Of a stretch of 64,000 nucleotides of DNA, positions 44,501 through 54,559 are shown in pieces; position 1 is the stretch's first letter; each line of letters starts with the position of its first letter. The notes beneath the pieces were generated by a model. The model was not told the DNA's origin, did no database searches, and saw nothing but the letters and a program-made list of their open reading frames with translations. This DNA comes from Zancudomyces culisetae HAW-14-8 (lineage: Eukaryota; Fungi; Kickxellomycota), in the NCBI GenBank assembly GCA_052426225.1, contig JBNJNM010000012.1:124001-188000 (forward strand). The letters are read 5' to 3'. A program made the position numbers and the translations under genes.

Positions 44501-45340
44501 ATGCGTTGGCTTTCCCAGTTTTCCAAATCGTAGTTTATTGCTGACTGCTCCAAAAAAGCTCGATGCTTTACCTTCCTTCACCCATCGTCTCTTCAATACA
44601 ACCAATGTATCATCAAATATCAGCACACACACGTATCTCTTAAACTTAAAACTCTTGATCTCCACTTCTGTAAAACACTCCCCAAACACATATCGCTCAC
44701 ACAGCGGATCCATTATCACTCCATCTGAAACTCTAGGATCAAAAAGTATAGCCCTAGACCCTTCGTCTACCTCCGATGAACTCAATGGCATTCCTGTTCG
44801 TCTATAGTCATCCATTATCGACTCTTTTGTTACTATCTGTTCAGCAAACATTGCTTTAAGCTTACTCTCTGATGGAACCTTATAAAAAAATAGTTTTGCT
44901 CCTTTTAGTGTCACTCTATACACCTTCCAACTTTTCCCCAATGCTGTTTTGAGTGTTGCTCGTGAAATCAGGTCGGATTTTTTGCTCAAGTATCCCTCTT
45001 TGACTTTGGTGCTTATCTTTTTGCTTTCGCTCACCTTTCTTATGCTTCCCTTTTCTCCCACCCTCTCCATTGTACTTCCACTTTTTTCCGTTAGATTTTG
45101 CTCCACCTCATATTCCATAACACTCGCCTCATCTGTTGCCGGCCTACGCCCTGTCCACAAAAAACTATCTTTTGCCTTTCCATTCTCTCCGCTATCTTTG
45201 GCATCCTTTTCCATCTTACGAAAGCCCATTATATTGTTTTTAAAGCTACCGCCAAATATCGTTAGCGGTCTTGCTGCGTTCTTCTTATTTGCATTTTGTT
45301 TGCTACCTCTAGTGTTTCCCCAACCTGTGTTCCAACTCAT
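35531..45340 (-). CDS. Giant Bem2-like protein: PH / REM-RasGEF-like x2 / PH / RhoGAP (~3269 aa, single exon)
   Basis: RhoGAP VFGVDL...IETRGLKEVGIYRVSG (arginine finger)...LLKQFLRDLPEP...NLALVFGPSL. RasGEF-like HWIKIG...SPPIARLRETW. PH motifs at both ends. First ATG is at 45340; the ORF track start at 45430 is a GTG. Confidence 0.88.
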   Translation of the reverse strand: MSWNTGWGNTRGSKQNANKKNAARPLTIFGGSFKNNIMGFRKMEKDAKDSGENGKAKDSFLWTGRRPATDEASVMEYEVEQNLTEKSGSTMERVGEKGSIRKVSESKKISTKVKEGYLSKKSDLISRATLKTALGKSWKVYRVTLKGAKLFFYKVPSESKLKAMFAEQIVTKESIMDDYRRTGMPLSSSEVDEGSRAILFDPRVSDGVIMDPLCERYVFGECFTEVEIKSFKFKRYVCVLIFDDTLVVLKRRWVKEGKASSFFGAVSNKLRFGKLGKPTHNDNSSLVSAELGIKGKGHFTKWKSHAVYSMKNVEVLESTDVQFMGVRTQGKFGNMVSSRSSLYSIGNQSVSSVMTQTSTLSKDYSGMITAGAAVGFQMYVSGNARTSRMFVATTSDAKNNWMSRFAVAKASYGHKMRLKAREQNRLIKKTQEVSRGGRDNYNTQAKYNQGWGVGERNGNKRTEDSKTQADYIKQSEEVLPRKNLSKTQNSDKDADGKESSERDGNKKMDNQVAKKGDTVQPVNKQEDKISTIFESGSFFGGTANGILRKIIMSSEGQSKTQLYLKALAATYEDFIKTDEFIDALEQVLGMIEKTEERNSNYLENYVYLLEKLCGISKNKLYENQVGRIKALADRLKSSASMVTGGLVRLDCLVEGMVSLETQSHNPVLKHKVSETRTLGAETEANDRARSGEAEEESRDVGRDGVSKKKVCRVVGDDIARLNTELQNLGVTGLTSGLLLKLEPEYFAKQIYAFHAEALINTDVLDIKRYLPRSREETDRKIVPKSLLTIGLPGAERSGQNSFSRNYNGITTLGLQGTMAGDSQCGSVSRAEGESESTNSLFYTMHEPHFLVQQIFHQLLTELQPNQATQRGDVLLHWIKIGESSRMLGDAVAWSAIAVAITSPPIARLRETWFSVPVEWKMLVVTKWIPQLLHSNMVCLNADELYKKGSFQPLVIEPLNRDFVALPYYGVIRQNVCQIGKHYMNKAILSLSGSEQLPEEAVVFTKYIKMYKSAHRAIEVLQKRKDDMHGQRIAEFMKQLNSERVEYVQEGESMKYGQEPLINGDIQVYLKTISQSAAMMPDSHLLKLDDSEGLNYVIAKSLEAEASITDLSDELIQADVSEEEALKNGYITQPATVRTEEGLKFTSSTILPLVCPETVPSTNVLQWISPLNRLSLNSWKTGKAAVTTKLAVKEQKEAKIKTIRRLSANSKTISFDLKNSSKHLELSQNLFVLNKSLKTTEELDNLKDSNVRLEQFVADPISPWANSRSRGKTVALDDLDADKHSPISSHKRSLTFPKILDSLDEKDKHFDMQSLSRNKPTFGLESLNLQDSNKSSADTEVAENEAKKSQAEDEHKRKKNTSRATGTNTSMDLFRSYTSNVGSVVFGLGGELVLKIIKIQYATSEMRSSRRASIDSRTGSISSRRSSISTALNGGGSSALLSAEQPKTNLLFNNSGGYGMYLGTNGAGGGTNYVEDFSKPIGYFVQVEAAHTSHLIKIATEGLDFAAPTIKTSLETNEPLEILPGERPKLFLDRVSFMKSFLTAYRHFNVGMDIIRHLDATCFVGQQDGKIKLGSPVVLSRCLDLLCEWTGVFIEDFLGNYSLLQATSAFLKKLVDVLKSHSGGKRHVEKDFTDRLDVLKFIESNVSMFDSQYFEHSLNKQGLVTLYDNNASQFEFVSLVVESLLEKTYILQQIFAIRLLLPSGFTLNDIVLQQKIGIGKINDEQLQRLKLKQESLLLPSSSSSPTPSPSPLSTSPPMSPTPSLLPVGLPLQTSLSLSLQLPLPARSQQKTTNVPPRSSSKLKTASLAVKTANPAPQIISSHLQSLAIDNNSPMEILDSLNRLVQTCYSSCSKQDWQKTFGFLEVQTRVPLGWYSFKRTSSYSDDDLLISDIYMVLENALRRRVDGTDLNRTSNSSISGKYRSSIGMSLINSLGSGRVLSSGSTGFYDYSNNLAAMGSNNDSKSLVSYLPQSIQNLLDLHKFIRMWTIQQIVDRNIDLAERIHRIKFFVYIVHLCRSTSDQSASYAFESALMSQPSSRTTFGLNQLLPTYDSRKLSKSHLDFGFGMGISSPTNSTTTTTTTTTNPSNSSNPTTTTTTTTSDRSRLFSAGPTIINSSPSATNLAAAASGLPGTLTKRRSSRRLVGTRNSKYVPGFVERAIASALVSPESRLFSRAWNQVAVDHHVTLSTLELLLKGVRDWSFDRWFHTRAALVTGESMVSANEFDVSKHTIALMDDYHTNDDIYVPCIGWLLENIISLYYDSADLLDVDLAASKTQLLNFNKRQNIHTMMGVCYRLSEQCVNAISLPVAQRIDLAGLKAQVSGSYYILKQLRSLANEENAIPLYAESFSTFSAQPNQMQTNPDGSVLTNLTSAFSFNTNPNKLSKFFYTNRSSVSNSVSLTKNSLYSEDTFSKKQRDFSPSGTLRSNPIKVLEFKNNPRSNSMASPSDLALRSISGGNANNETYMADSMLGLMGYGDNESKSKMQIQVQTKNPRQNSNFDSFGYPIKTNTTNANANANANANANANANANANANANANTNVSANTNANASANAESSSDSDEEILATNIKSKLGFNRFLYPQSFRKLSGNISAPSGIPQPGENGIKSNSDESISNSFTASSSSRLTTPSTSDNMSTDHNSQSRSFSYQMHPGPPLARTVISLVKPFTRLVQNEVEKQRHESIERQKLDREYRERRKILEKMSIERTKMLKRQIKEKQLRDANNQPLLKLKNLMDKVEQTSLAPNPNPTSTLNPNSNLNPNLNPNLNPNSNPNLNSIATPGSIPISTATTTTTTTTTAGPDDYTNNDSVNLLQKPTSSKLDALDDYCVDEDGYDILFPNATSSSSSSPPTPLSLSLSSSLSSSLATDNHVLDTQKDALPVSHSNKQTNSGSYEVATPHRGLSARAYSHSTNSVIYSHTDGILPTNSGSNSNLHSSINSISSSKDSSSLPIDRNSSQKPANVINLINSTITIEQNAKRDFVFRIVTEEGGQHYLQAPSEAEMDDWIVAIRDAATEAAARRLTVFVQEAKKRNNLSLSSSPPSTDNLSISDATLVQSQQSRVRTQKPATRVFGVDLASLMPDPDTPPAVLLKCIREIETRGLKEVGIYRVSGSATEVSRLRTLFNSVDPENIDIGPDAFPDINAISGLLKQFLRDLPEPLIPHNLYSGFIAAADITDYDERLWSIKDLIGALPRHNFVTLKCLIEHLERVTDYEEINHMYGSNLALVFGPSLLHPPPGDANFMLTMSNLGQAQSIVKNLILQYHWLFNVEDEEVS
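37733..37815 (+). repeat. (ATTTGC)13 coding microsatellite encoding a poly(Asn-Ala) tract
   Basis: Thirteen perfect hexamers at 37733-37810 plus degenerate flanking units. Confidence 0.95.
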
Positions 45341-48300
45341 TTTTTTTTCTAAGCAAATTGTCTTTTCTAAATTTCTTTTTCCTTGATGTCTAAATGTTAT
45401 ACTTATTTTTACGTATTCTATAGATGCCACCCAGCAGCTCTAACCATTTGGGTATATAATTCAATTCTTTCTCTTTTTTTTCTTTGTCCTTTTTGTTACA
45501 AACTCTATTCCAACCAAAAATTCTAGTGATATTGTTGTACTCACAGTTAAATATTATGCACGGCACTATATTTTTGTTTCTATCGTCCTTTATCCCGAGC
45601 TCTTTAGGATTGCTTTATATCTTTACTGTAGACCCCTGTGGTTACTAAATCTTAGCTAGTCTGATTATAGATATATTCGGGTATAATAACTCTATTAAAT
45701 TAACGTTTCCAACTCTCTATATTTCTATTCTTAAATAGGCTGTGTATCCTTTTACGAACATCTATTGCAATCATATACAGATTATAATGTCAAATTGATG
45801 TCTATCCCGCTCTACAAATATTTAATACGTATTTGCCTTAATACAAGTCTTTTCTATAAATTTTTCTCTTTCTTTTGTTTTGACAATTGGTCTTTGATTT
45901 CGAATCTTTAATGCTGCTATATTTAACTTGTAATCAAATAAATACAATTTAAATTCTTACCATACAATCCGTATTTTTCTTTGTTTCAAATACAATTTCG
46001 AATATCTCCTCCAAGAGTATGGCAAAGTAATTCCCTTTATCACCCTCTTGTTGGTTTGTTATAGTGTTTATAACCGTATTTAGAACCCAAACCAAAAATA
46101 TCTATTTGCTAGCTTGAATTTTTTATTGTTGGACTTTTTTCTCTACCTTATTTGCAAAGTCGCCTTTCTATAATTTACAATTTAAAAAAAATAAAATAGC
46201 ATATATAGAGCAGCTTAGTTAATGCCACACCAGTCTTTGTCTACCATTAAAATCATTCTCGCCTTTCCGCCATTGAATCGTACATGCCTTTTATTAATCA
46301 CAAAAAAAATTTTTTAGTAATATACGCGATTTATGTAATCTCTAACGATGTTCTTGTTTTCTTTTGCTTTCTTTTCCCCCACACATTTAGCCAATTATCA
46401 ATGTCCTTAATCACTTGCTAATTTTTAATGAATTTGATCAGTTGATTTAGGGAAAATTCGCAATTATTTGAAATTCAATTATGAGGACCCAAAATTAATT
46501 TCTGTTAATTTTACTATTTAACAGTTAACCATTTGTTAAGTAGCTATTTGGTTAGCTTTATCAATTAATTTTCTGTTTTTATTTTTTTTTCATAATATTC
46601 CTATTTTTTTAAACAGATTTTGAGTTTTCTATTATTAAGATTCCAATTCACCAAATTTACTAATGCTGACACACAGGTTATTTTTAGTAATAAATTAAAA
46701 AATACCATGTTTACAAAGAATTACCGCCGATGTTACACACCTAGACTAGCCTAAATAATAAGAATGATGAGTTCTAACCTGCTTCATTATAAAGTTCAAG
46801 CTTTCATTTTACTTGTCTAAGAAACAGATATGTCTTTGAGCTCAACAATCAATCGGACATAGGTTATACAGAGTCACAATATATCATATAGTATTTAATA
46901 TATATTGTACATCAAATCCTGAAATGATTCACCCTTGCTTAAATTTTCTCTTTCCTAAATCTCATCTTATAATAGACCAATATTTTCACTATTTTAGATT
47001 AGAATGTTTGGATTTAGTGAACACCTGTATATAACATTCCCCTCCCCCAAAAAAAAACATTATCCTCTTTAAGACGGTGTTCAGACACAAAACAGCAATA
47101 CACCTTGAATATGAAATCTTTTGTTTTTTTTTCCGCGCTCACACCAATTTTTACAGCAATCTGGACAAGCTTAGAATTAGTGGTGTAGGAGTAGCTATTA
47201 GTTTTTAATTAAATGAACCCCTTCCTCCCCCACCTGATCATATCCAAACCTTTTGATGTTTTGTAGACTTAGTATTCAAATATTCTTGTCTTTTGGTCAG
47301 TATTTTGTTTCCATCGGTTTATCCAATGAAGCTTTATGTTAATATAAAACTCAACATTCAGTTCTTTGTCAACTATGTAACTTTTCACTCTTGACTGTGA
47401 TTTGATTGATTGTGTTTAAAGTGTCTATATGCGATACATCTCTGATGCTATCTTACTTGTATATTATGGTAGCTTTAGATCTTCAGGCTTTATTTTTATC
47501 CAAACAAATAAATACGAATTGTTGATTTGAAACTTCATTTGATGGTTGGAGAAATATTATTTCCCAAGACTAAGCAAATTTTTACTAAGCTATATTTTTA
47601 CAGACGCAATTAATAGCTTGGATCTCATTAATCCTTACTTTAACTTTTTTTCTCGTAATATGCGTTCGATTCAATAATTGGCTCTACTTAAAGTCGGTTT
47701 TATTCCAGCAATTATATATAAAAAGACTGTGTAGCATTTGGAAAGATTTGGGCTATTAAAGCATACCTAGCTTATTTTGTGGCCGCAATATTTCGGAGTT
47801 TTTAGAATATAACCTCCATTTGTTGACTCTTTATCCAAAAAGAAAATATTCCAATAAATCAAAAAATGGCTGAATCATAAAAACATAGGATAATTGCGTT
47901 TAATAAAGATAGCGCAGAAATCCAATATTCACTTTGTAAGGCGAAGTTTTCAAGCAGTGTTTCACTCTAGGTCAAAAGGCCAGCTTTGCCTTTGTTATTA
48001 TCTTTGCATTCCTTCAGCGCCTTTACACTCAGTGTGTTACAAGTAAATATTTTTCCACTCTCCATACCCCATGCCCTCCGCACCTCACATATCACACCCT
48101 ATATTCCACACCTTTAGTTATTTCACCGTTTTTTAACCGTTTTTTTTTAATTTGTGTTCTGTCTTTGTGCCAAACTTGAAGTTTAATTTCGTGTTTATCG
48201 ATACAATTCGTGCCAAAATTGAAGGATTTACAAATAGCTAGTGTAACATAAAATTATCACCAATTGGTAATAAGTATCCATTAGATTTAAAAGTCACTCA

Positions 48301-50005
48301 GTTTATCTCAATTGTACACCAGTATTACATCAATAATACCAATAAAATGTCAAGCACTATAACGGTGCAACTTTGTCTTTTGTAAATCAAGGACAGCAAA
48401 TTCTGTAGTATATTTTAAGTGCTTCTAGGCTAACCAATAGTCCGAGTTTTCGTGGTTTATTCATCTATATCTACGTTCCTCATCATGCGCTGCAAATCCA
48501 AATTGAGAATAATGCTACAGAACCTACGACTCGTCGTGGCTCATAACTCATAACTCATAACTCGAGACAGTATTAAGAGTAATAAAAGTGATAATAACCC
48601 GGTTACGAAAAATAGTTTCAAGTTCAAGTTCGCATAACCATAACCTATTCCATGACCGAACTCTGTTTAAACATTTCTACAACTTTTGATTATCCAAACC
48701 TTGCTCAAATCTACATGATCACACCAAGTTAACAAGAAGAATGGTGGTAGTCTCGCATATTCTGTTGGCTTTTTATTTTAAAAAATGCGATATACTCGCG
48801 GGAGAATCTGGATAATATATGTTAGGCCCTGTATGTTCGGGGACAGTAGTATTGATTTGGCGCCCAAGGACCACAAAGTGGCTTTTATTCCTAGCCACGC
48901 AACCTTTTCACATACAATCCCACACATACTGTTACATTGTGTTCAACATCAAGCCGTCATATATTTTTTATGTTATTTTTTTATATCTTTTCTAGTATTA
49001 CCATTCTTTTAAATCCCGGCCACTGGTTGAGTATCAGTTTATTAATCTCAACAAATATATTAAAACATGCTCTGGTAACTAACTGCCCTTACAACGTAAA
49101 GTGCTATTGATACCAATAACAATTTCAATGGGACAGACATGACAAATAAATTAAAACCTTCCTTTTCTCGTGACACAAAACGTTTTTCCAGGTACATGTA
49201 TTACCCCAAAATTGATGTTATTAGGCACTCAGCTAGAGGCCTCAAACTAGACTAGCAGTTAGAAGTCACCATCCTCAACAAAATTCAAATCTTCAAACAT
49301 CTTGTTTTAAGTTAGATCAAAAACGCCGTTAATGAATAAAACGACTTAACACTAACAATGGCAAGAGTTTATCAGCTTGATCGCAAATAATAAAAAGTCT
49401 AGCAATGGTATATTGAGCTAACTATACATGCCGCACTTCTCACTTTATTATACTAAACTGATAAACTACTGAATAAAGAACAACCAGAAAAAATTACGTC
49501 CGAGATCAACCCCCCCATCTCTCTCTCTCTTCCTCATTATCTGCGTTACAAACTGATAAAGATAAATTTAAAAGTAGTCCCACGATATATTCTAATCAAT
49601 GTGGTTAAAAACCTGGTATTTAAAGTTGTTTAAAGCTATACCACTGCCCCTCTATTTATTCTGTGTCATCAGAATAGTATGTTTGAGTGTCTAATTATGA
49701 AGCAGCAAATAAAGAGTGCAAATCGCACTAAAAAAGTCGATACTATCTTGTAACCTACGCATAAAAGGTCTGAAAATCAAATCTCTTAATTCTACCAACT
49801 CAATGGTATTGGCTAATACTGTTATGGCTCAGTTGTAAGATAAATATTCATACGCTAGCTTTATTCAATCAATATACGCACTGTTATACAAACATGGAAA
49901 TAAAAACAACTAGTCCACACCCAGCTAAATATTTGGTAGCATTAGGATTATTTTTTTCTTCGTACTTAATAACTAAAGCGCACCACCTCTACCAGATAAG
50001 TGGGA

Positions 50006-50476
50006 TCAGATCAAACACTCATCCTCAGATTCCATTCCAAATATCTCCAAATTATAAATCGTGATCCTTCCGTAAAAGTCAGTACTTTCTGGAAAGATTA
50101 TTTTGTAAGTAGTATAATACGATGGACTAGATATCAAAAACTCTTGCTTGTTGTTGGTATCAGTAGGGAAGAAAGTACTTAGGTTGGTCCAATCACTCGA
50201 CTTTGAATTAGCTGTTTCATCCATTGTACGGCCAAAAACGTCTATTCTTTTTCCTACAAATCCACCTTGAAACATAATACAGAACTTGTTGATTGCAACC
50301 GATTTGGAAAATTCCAGAATTATGTGTTGAGGCGATCCCTGGTCGGAATTCCAACAGGTACTAGCATTTCCATCAAATAAGTACTGTTTTCCAAAGTTTT
50401 TTGTATCTTTGTTGAGAACCGATCTCACTCGTACAGTTTGTACTAGTTTTTTCAAATTTACAGATTCGGTACCCAT
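50006..50476 (-). CDS. NR2C2AP: Nuclear receptor 2C2-associated protein homolog (galactose-binding-like fold)
   Basis: RVRSVLNKDTKNFGKQYLFDG...TCWNSDQG..Q, FQGGFVG and FPESTDFYGRITIY. Confidence 0.9.
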   Translation of the reverse strand: MGTESVNLKKLVQTVRVRSVLNKDTKNFGKQYLFDGNASTCWNSDQGSPQHIILEFSKSVAINKFCIMFQGGFVGKRIDVFGRTMDETANSKSSDWTNLSTFFPTDTNNKQEFLISSPSYYTTYKIIFPESTDFYGRITIYNLEIFGMESEDECLI

Positions 50477-50719
50477 TAGTCGGCGTTGTTTTATGCAAGT
50501 TTGGTTTACTATATTCAGAGCAGTATTTATAAAGCAAAATTAAGGAAAGATGAATGGTAACAAATGATTGGAAAGGCACAAGAAAATTATTTTTTAAAAT
50601 TTTTTTTTAGTGCATCTCATAGATCAAGTGTAAATGAAGAAAAAAATTGGTATACCATTTGGACTGAAATTTAAATAGGCTATAATTGACAATAGAAACC
50701 GTGTTTAAAGATTAGAAAA

Positions 50720-52931
50720 ATGGCACCAAAGAAGAATTTAGAGTGGAAGATAGGTCTTTTGGAGGCTCAGGTAGGTACATATTTTTGCTTCCTACAGTTA
50801 AATGTCATTGACGTAAATTTTTGTACTCATAGCTGAGCAAGGGAAATGCCCCAACTATTGCCAAGCTCGCAGTTGAAAAAATGCGACGAAAAGAACTGAA
50901 AAAGAAAAGAAGAGAGTATAAAATGAAATTGAAAAACTCTCAAGCGACTAACGAAGATATACATGCTGATAACGACAAAGAAACAACGAATGATGTCGAA
51001 AATATTAAAGAAATCAGCAAAAAGATTTTGGGCTCGGTTTCGATCGACGAAGAAAAGACTGTTCGAGAGCTTGAAAATGCCAGAATAACGTTGGCTAATC
51101 AGAAAATTGTAAGTTCTGGAATTGTCATCGTATTGCAAAAGTTTTTGGTTGTGTTATTTCTTTGTTCAATTTCTCGGCTTACCATTTACCATAATATTAA
51201 AAATAGTTCCATATAAAAAAAGAGATAAAGGCAGCCATTAAAAGATGCAGAACAGTTGAGATGCAAAAGACGGCAAAGCTACTCAAAGTTCTCAAAGAAA
51301 AGCTGCAGTATGTACATCTCTAGTATCATTTCAATTTTTATTTATTTTTCTCATGATAAAAATACTCCAACAATCTGAATAACTGTTCTATAGAAATGCT
51401 GAGCAAGAAAAAAAAGTACATATTGAACGGCAAATTGTAGCTGAGAACGAGTTTTTGACGCGATTAAAGGTAAATTGCAGTATTCGAGATCGTTTAGAAG
51501 CTGCTTTGTTTCAGCTATTAAGGAAAACTAACAAATGTTTTTTAATTAATAATAGGAATTTTCTCTGGATGATGCGGCCAAAGATGTATTCTATAATCAT
51601 GTGATGAACAACGAAGAATTGCGAGTAAACTCCAAAAAGCTAGATCTTGGCTCAAAAGAGGAAAAGAAATATTATTTTGAAGCAATCAATACTACACAAC
51701 CACCAATTCAGTCTGAGAGTGTTGAAGATGTAGCTGCAAACCCTAAAGCAAACACCAAACGACCGAAGATTAGCATCAATGAAAAAGTATACAGTCGTCT
51801 TTCAAAGTCCAAGTTTGTTGTTGATGCGCTGAAGAGGCTGGAGTTTGTTTGCCAAATATTGAAAGGCAATCATAGGACAGCCAGAGTGGAGGTGACTTTA
51901 AACACTGATTCTGGTGATATAGCGAGTAAAAAACACGATTTAAACACAGCCACAACTGAAGACAGTTCTGAAAAAACAAATAAACAGACCCATAAGGAGC
52001 ACGTGGATGAACCGACTGTTGATTATCTCTCTTATGATAGCGACAAAGGGCCTGTAGATGCTAAGGTATTACTCCTGTCTCTATTATTAATTGACTTTTT
52101 TAACTGTGAATATTCAATTTTTTACCATTTTACAGTAGAATCGAATAATATATCTAACTAATCAACAACGTAACAAAAAATATAGAAAATTGGTCCTAAC
52201 GAATCGCTGTTTATGGAAACATTGGGAGGATCTGATTACTCAGATTCAGATTATGATTCTGACAGAGAGCAACTTAAGAAAACAAAAACTCATACTAAAT
52301 CTACACCAGAGGTTCCCAAAAAGAAGAACAGGCCTGGACAGAGAGAACGAAGAGCGTATGTTTTTTTTAAAATTTTATTTTATGTATTTGTGCTATCTTT
52401 TTATCGATCTGGACGTGAAATCCGATTCAAAAATCTCACAATATCTTATATTTTTAATTTAGCCAACACGAAAGGGCATATGGAAGAGATGCAAATCATA
52501 TCAAAATCAAGCGAAAAGATACGGATAGCTCCCGTTATGAGGGCCAAGATGTTCAAGAAAATGGGGCTGGTAATACCAGCACTTTCAGAGACAATAGTAA
52601 TGTACACTCTACCAAAAAGGCGCGCATGAAGCAATACAAGGCTGGTGTATTTTCTAAAGGAGCCAAAGTTGTGTTTGATCAAGATAGCAAGTCGGCCGAA
52701 ACTAGACCCCAAGCCTATTCCGAAGCTTATGGACGCGCCACCCCAGGCTTTGCCTCATCTGGCACGTCTAATACCCCACGTTTTGCAAGTAAAGGTTTCA
52801 ATACGAATGGTTCTGACAACCATTCAAAGGCTGAACTCCATCCCTCGTGGGAAGCTAAGAAATTGCGAGAAAAGGAACAAATGGCGCTGCTCAACAGTGG
52901 GGTTAAGGGTCAAAAGATTGTTTTCGATTAA
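50720..52931 (+). CDS. BUD22: BUD22/SRFBP1 ribosome biogenesis protein, 7 exons (50720-50770, 50833-51108, 51207-51307, 51394-51469, 51556-52065, 52186-52355, 52463-52931)
   Basis: Spliced motifs KKNRPGQRERRAQHERAYG..ANH and C-terminal LHPSWEAKK...GQKIVFD. All introns are GT-AG and in frame. Confidence 0.88.
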
Positions 52932-53719
52932 GCTGAAATTTCTCTCTCACATACAACTAATAATTCAGATGTTTGAATATTTTCCCTTAATTTTCCGTTT
53001 TTTCCTGTATACAATGAGTAAATATATACTTTAAAAAAATAACATTAATGGTAATTTAGTTGTGATTTTGAAAAAATTATTATCTTGTTTCTTTACTTTT
53101 GATACTTTTCATGAATAAATAATTCTTGATGCTATTAAGGTGGTATACATTGACATAATACTTAAAAATCGCTAGATTCTGATGTGGGTGTTTATGATTA
53201 GATCATGCTCGAACATGTTTTATTTATTAAACGAAGCCTGCAGGTTCACAAAGTATAGCCCTATATATTATCTGGATAAAGTAAAAACTATTCTCTCATA
53301 TCTTTAATCATTTGCTACTCCAACCTCAGGACATCTTTTTTTAAAATGATATGTACTTACACATCCACTGAATGTATATGTATATATTTGAACCCTTGCA
53401 TGTGAAAAACAGAAGACACAACACAAATCTCTACCTCTTCACTAGAAATACGGGTGTGAAACAATTTGCAATATTTTCACATTTACTGGTTGATGATGAT
53501 TTGTCATTTTTTTAATTCGGAAATTATCATGTTTGAGTTTGTTCAGAAATACAACTGGAGTTTTTAGCTCAACTCCCCACAACCACAACCACAACCACAA
53601 CCACATCCACATTTGCATTCGCACCTTTACACAACACACATTCATATTTGTATTTTCTTTGGTCGGAATTTGGCTTTAGATTTGGCTTTTAGCGATTTAA
53701 AATCATAAAATTTCTAATC

Positions 53720-54559
53720 ATGAGTTCCGTTCTTTCACAGGAATTTAAGACACTACTTCTGAGGAACCCAATAAAGGGTGTACTACAGGTCTCTCTAAAT
53801 AGGCCCGATAAATTGAACTCGATGAATCCCCAAATGTGGATCGACCTGAGAGAATGCTTCAATAAAGTAAAATTCGATAACGAGATTCTATCAATAGTGT
53901 TGACAGGTCAGGGTCGAGCTTTCTGTTCTGGTCTGGATCTAAAAACTGCCGAGGTTTTGTTCAAGGAGGATAAAACAAGAGATATAGCTAGAAAGGCTAT
54001 CCATCACAGAAATATGATCCTAGAATGGCAGGCAAGCTTGACAGCTATTGAACACTGTGACAAGCCAGTAATAGCATACGTGCAGAATGCGTGCATTGGT
54101 GCTGGAATCGATATGATAACGGCTTGTGACATAAGACAATGTTCAGAAGATGCATACTTTTCAGTAAAAGAAGTTGATATTGGTATGGCTGCGGATGTAG
54201 GGACACTTCAACGGCTCCCAAAAGTTGTTGGGAATGACAGTTGGGTAAGAGAAATAGTTTACACGGCTAGGAGTGTATCATCTACAGAAGCCTTACAGTT
54301 TGGTTTGGTTAGCCGCGTTTTCAAGGAGGCACAAGAAGGATTGGATAAAACGATTGAGCTTGCTGCAGAAATAGCTTCAAAATCACCTGTGGCGATTGTT
54401 GGATCGAAACGGAATTTACTATATTCCAGGGACCACACTGTGCAAGAGGGTTTGGAATACAACGCCAATTGGAATACAATTATGCACAATACAAATGATA
54501 TTGCAGAATCGCTAAAAAGTATGATGCTAAAGCAGAAACCGAAATATGAAAAACTATAA
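53720..54559 (+). CDS. ECH1: Delta(3,5)-Delta(2,4)-dienoyl-CoA isomerase (crotonase family)
   Basis: AFCSGLDL, KPVIA...CIGAGIDMITACDIR, KEVDIGMAADVGTLQRLPKVVGN and LLYSRDHTV.EGL. Ends in -EKL (PTS1-like variant). Confidence 0.9.
   Translation: MSSVLSQEFKTLLLRNPIKGVLQVSLNRPDKLNSMNPQMWIDLRECFNKVKFDNEILSIVLTGQGRAFCSGLDLKTAEVLFKEDKTRDIARKAIHHRNMILEWQASLTAIEHCDKPVIAYVQNACIGAGIDMITACDIRQCSEDAYFSVKEVDIGMAADVGTLQRLPKVVGNDSWVREIVYTARSVSSTEALQFGLVSRVFKEAQEGLDKTIELAAEIASKSPVAIVGSKRNLLYSRDHTVQEGLEYNANWNTIMHNTNDIAESLKSMMLKQKPKYEKL

Noticed and set aside
35705-45386. Many long plus-strand ORFs (e.g. 40983-41957) and the MQMQ/ICIC/FAFA repeat ORFs
   Set aside because: Antisense or alternative-frame shadows of the RhoGAP CDS and its microsatellite.
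45341-45430. N-terminal extension of the RhoGAP from the ORF-track start
   Set aside because: Starts at GTG; the first ATG in a eukaryotic A-rich context is at 45340.
45450-49990. Hidden gene or ncRNA in the 4.5-kb intergenic region
   Set aside because: No convincing ORF, splice pattern, tRNA or snoRNA structure seen; likely promoter and 5'UTR of the RhoGAP.
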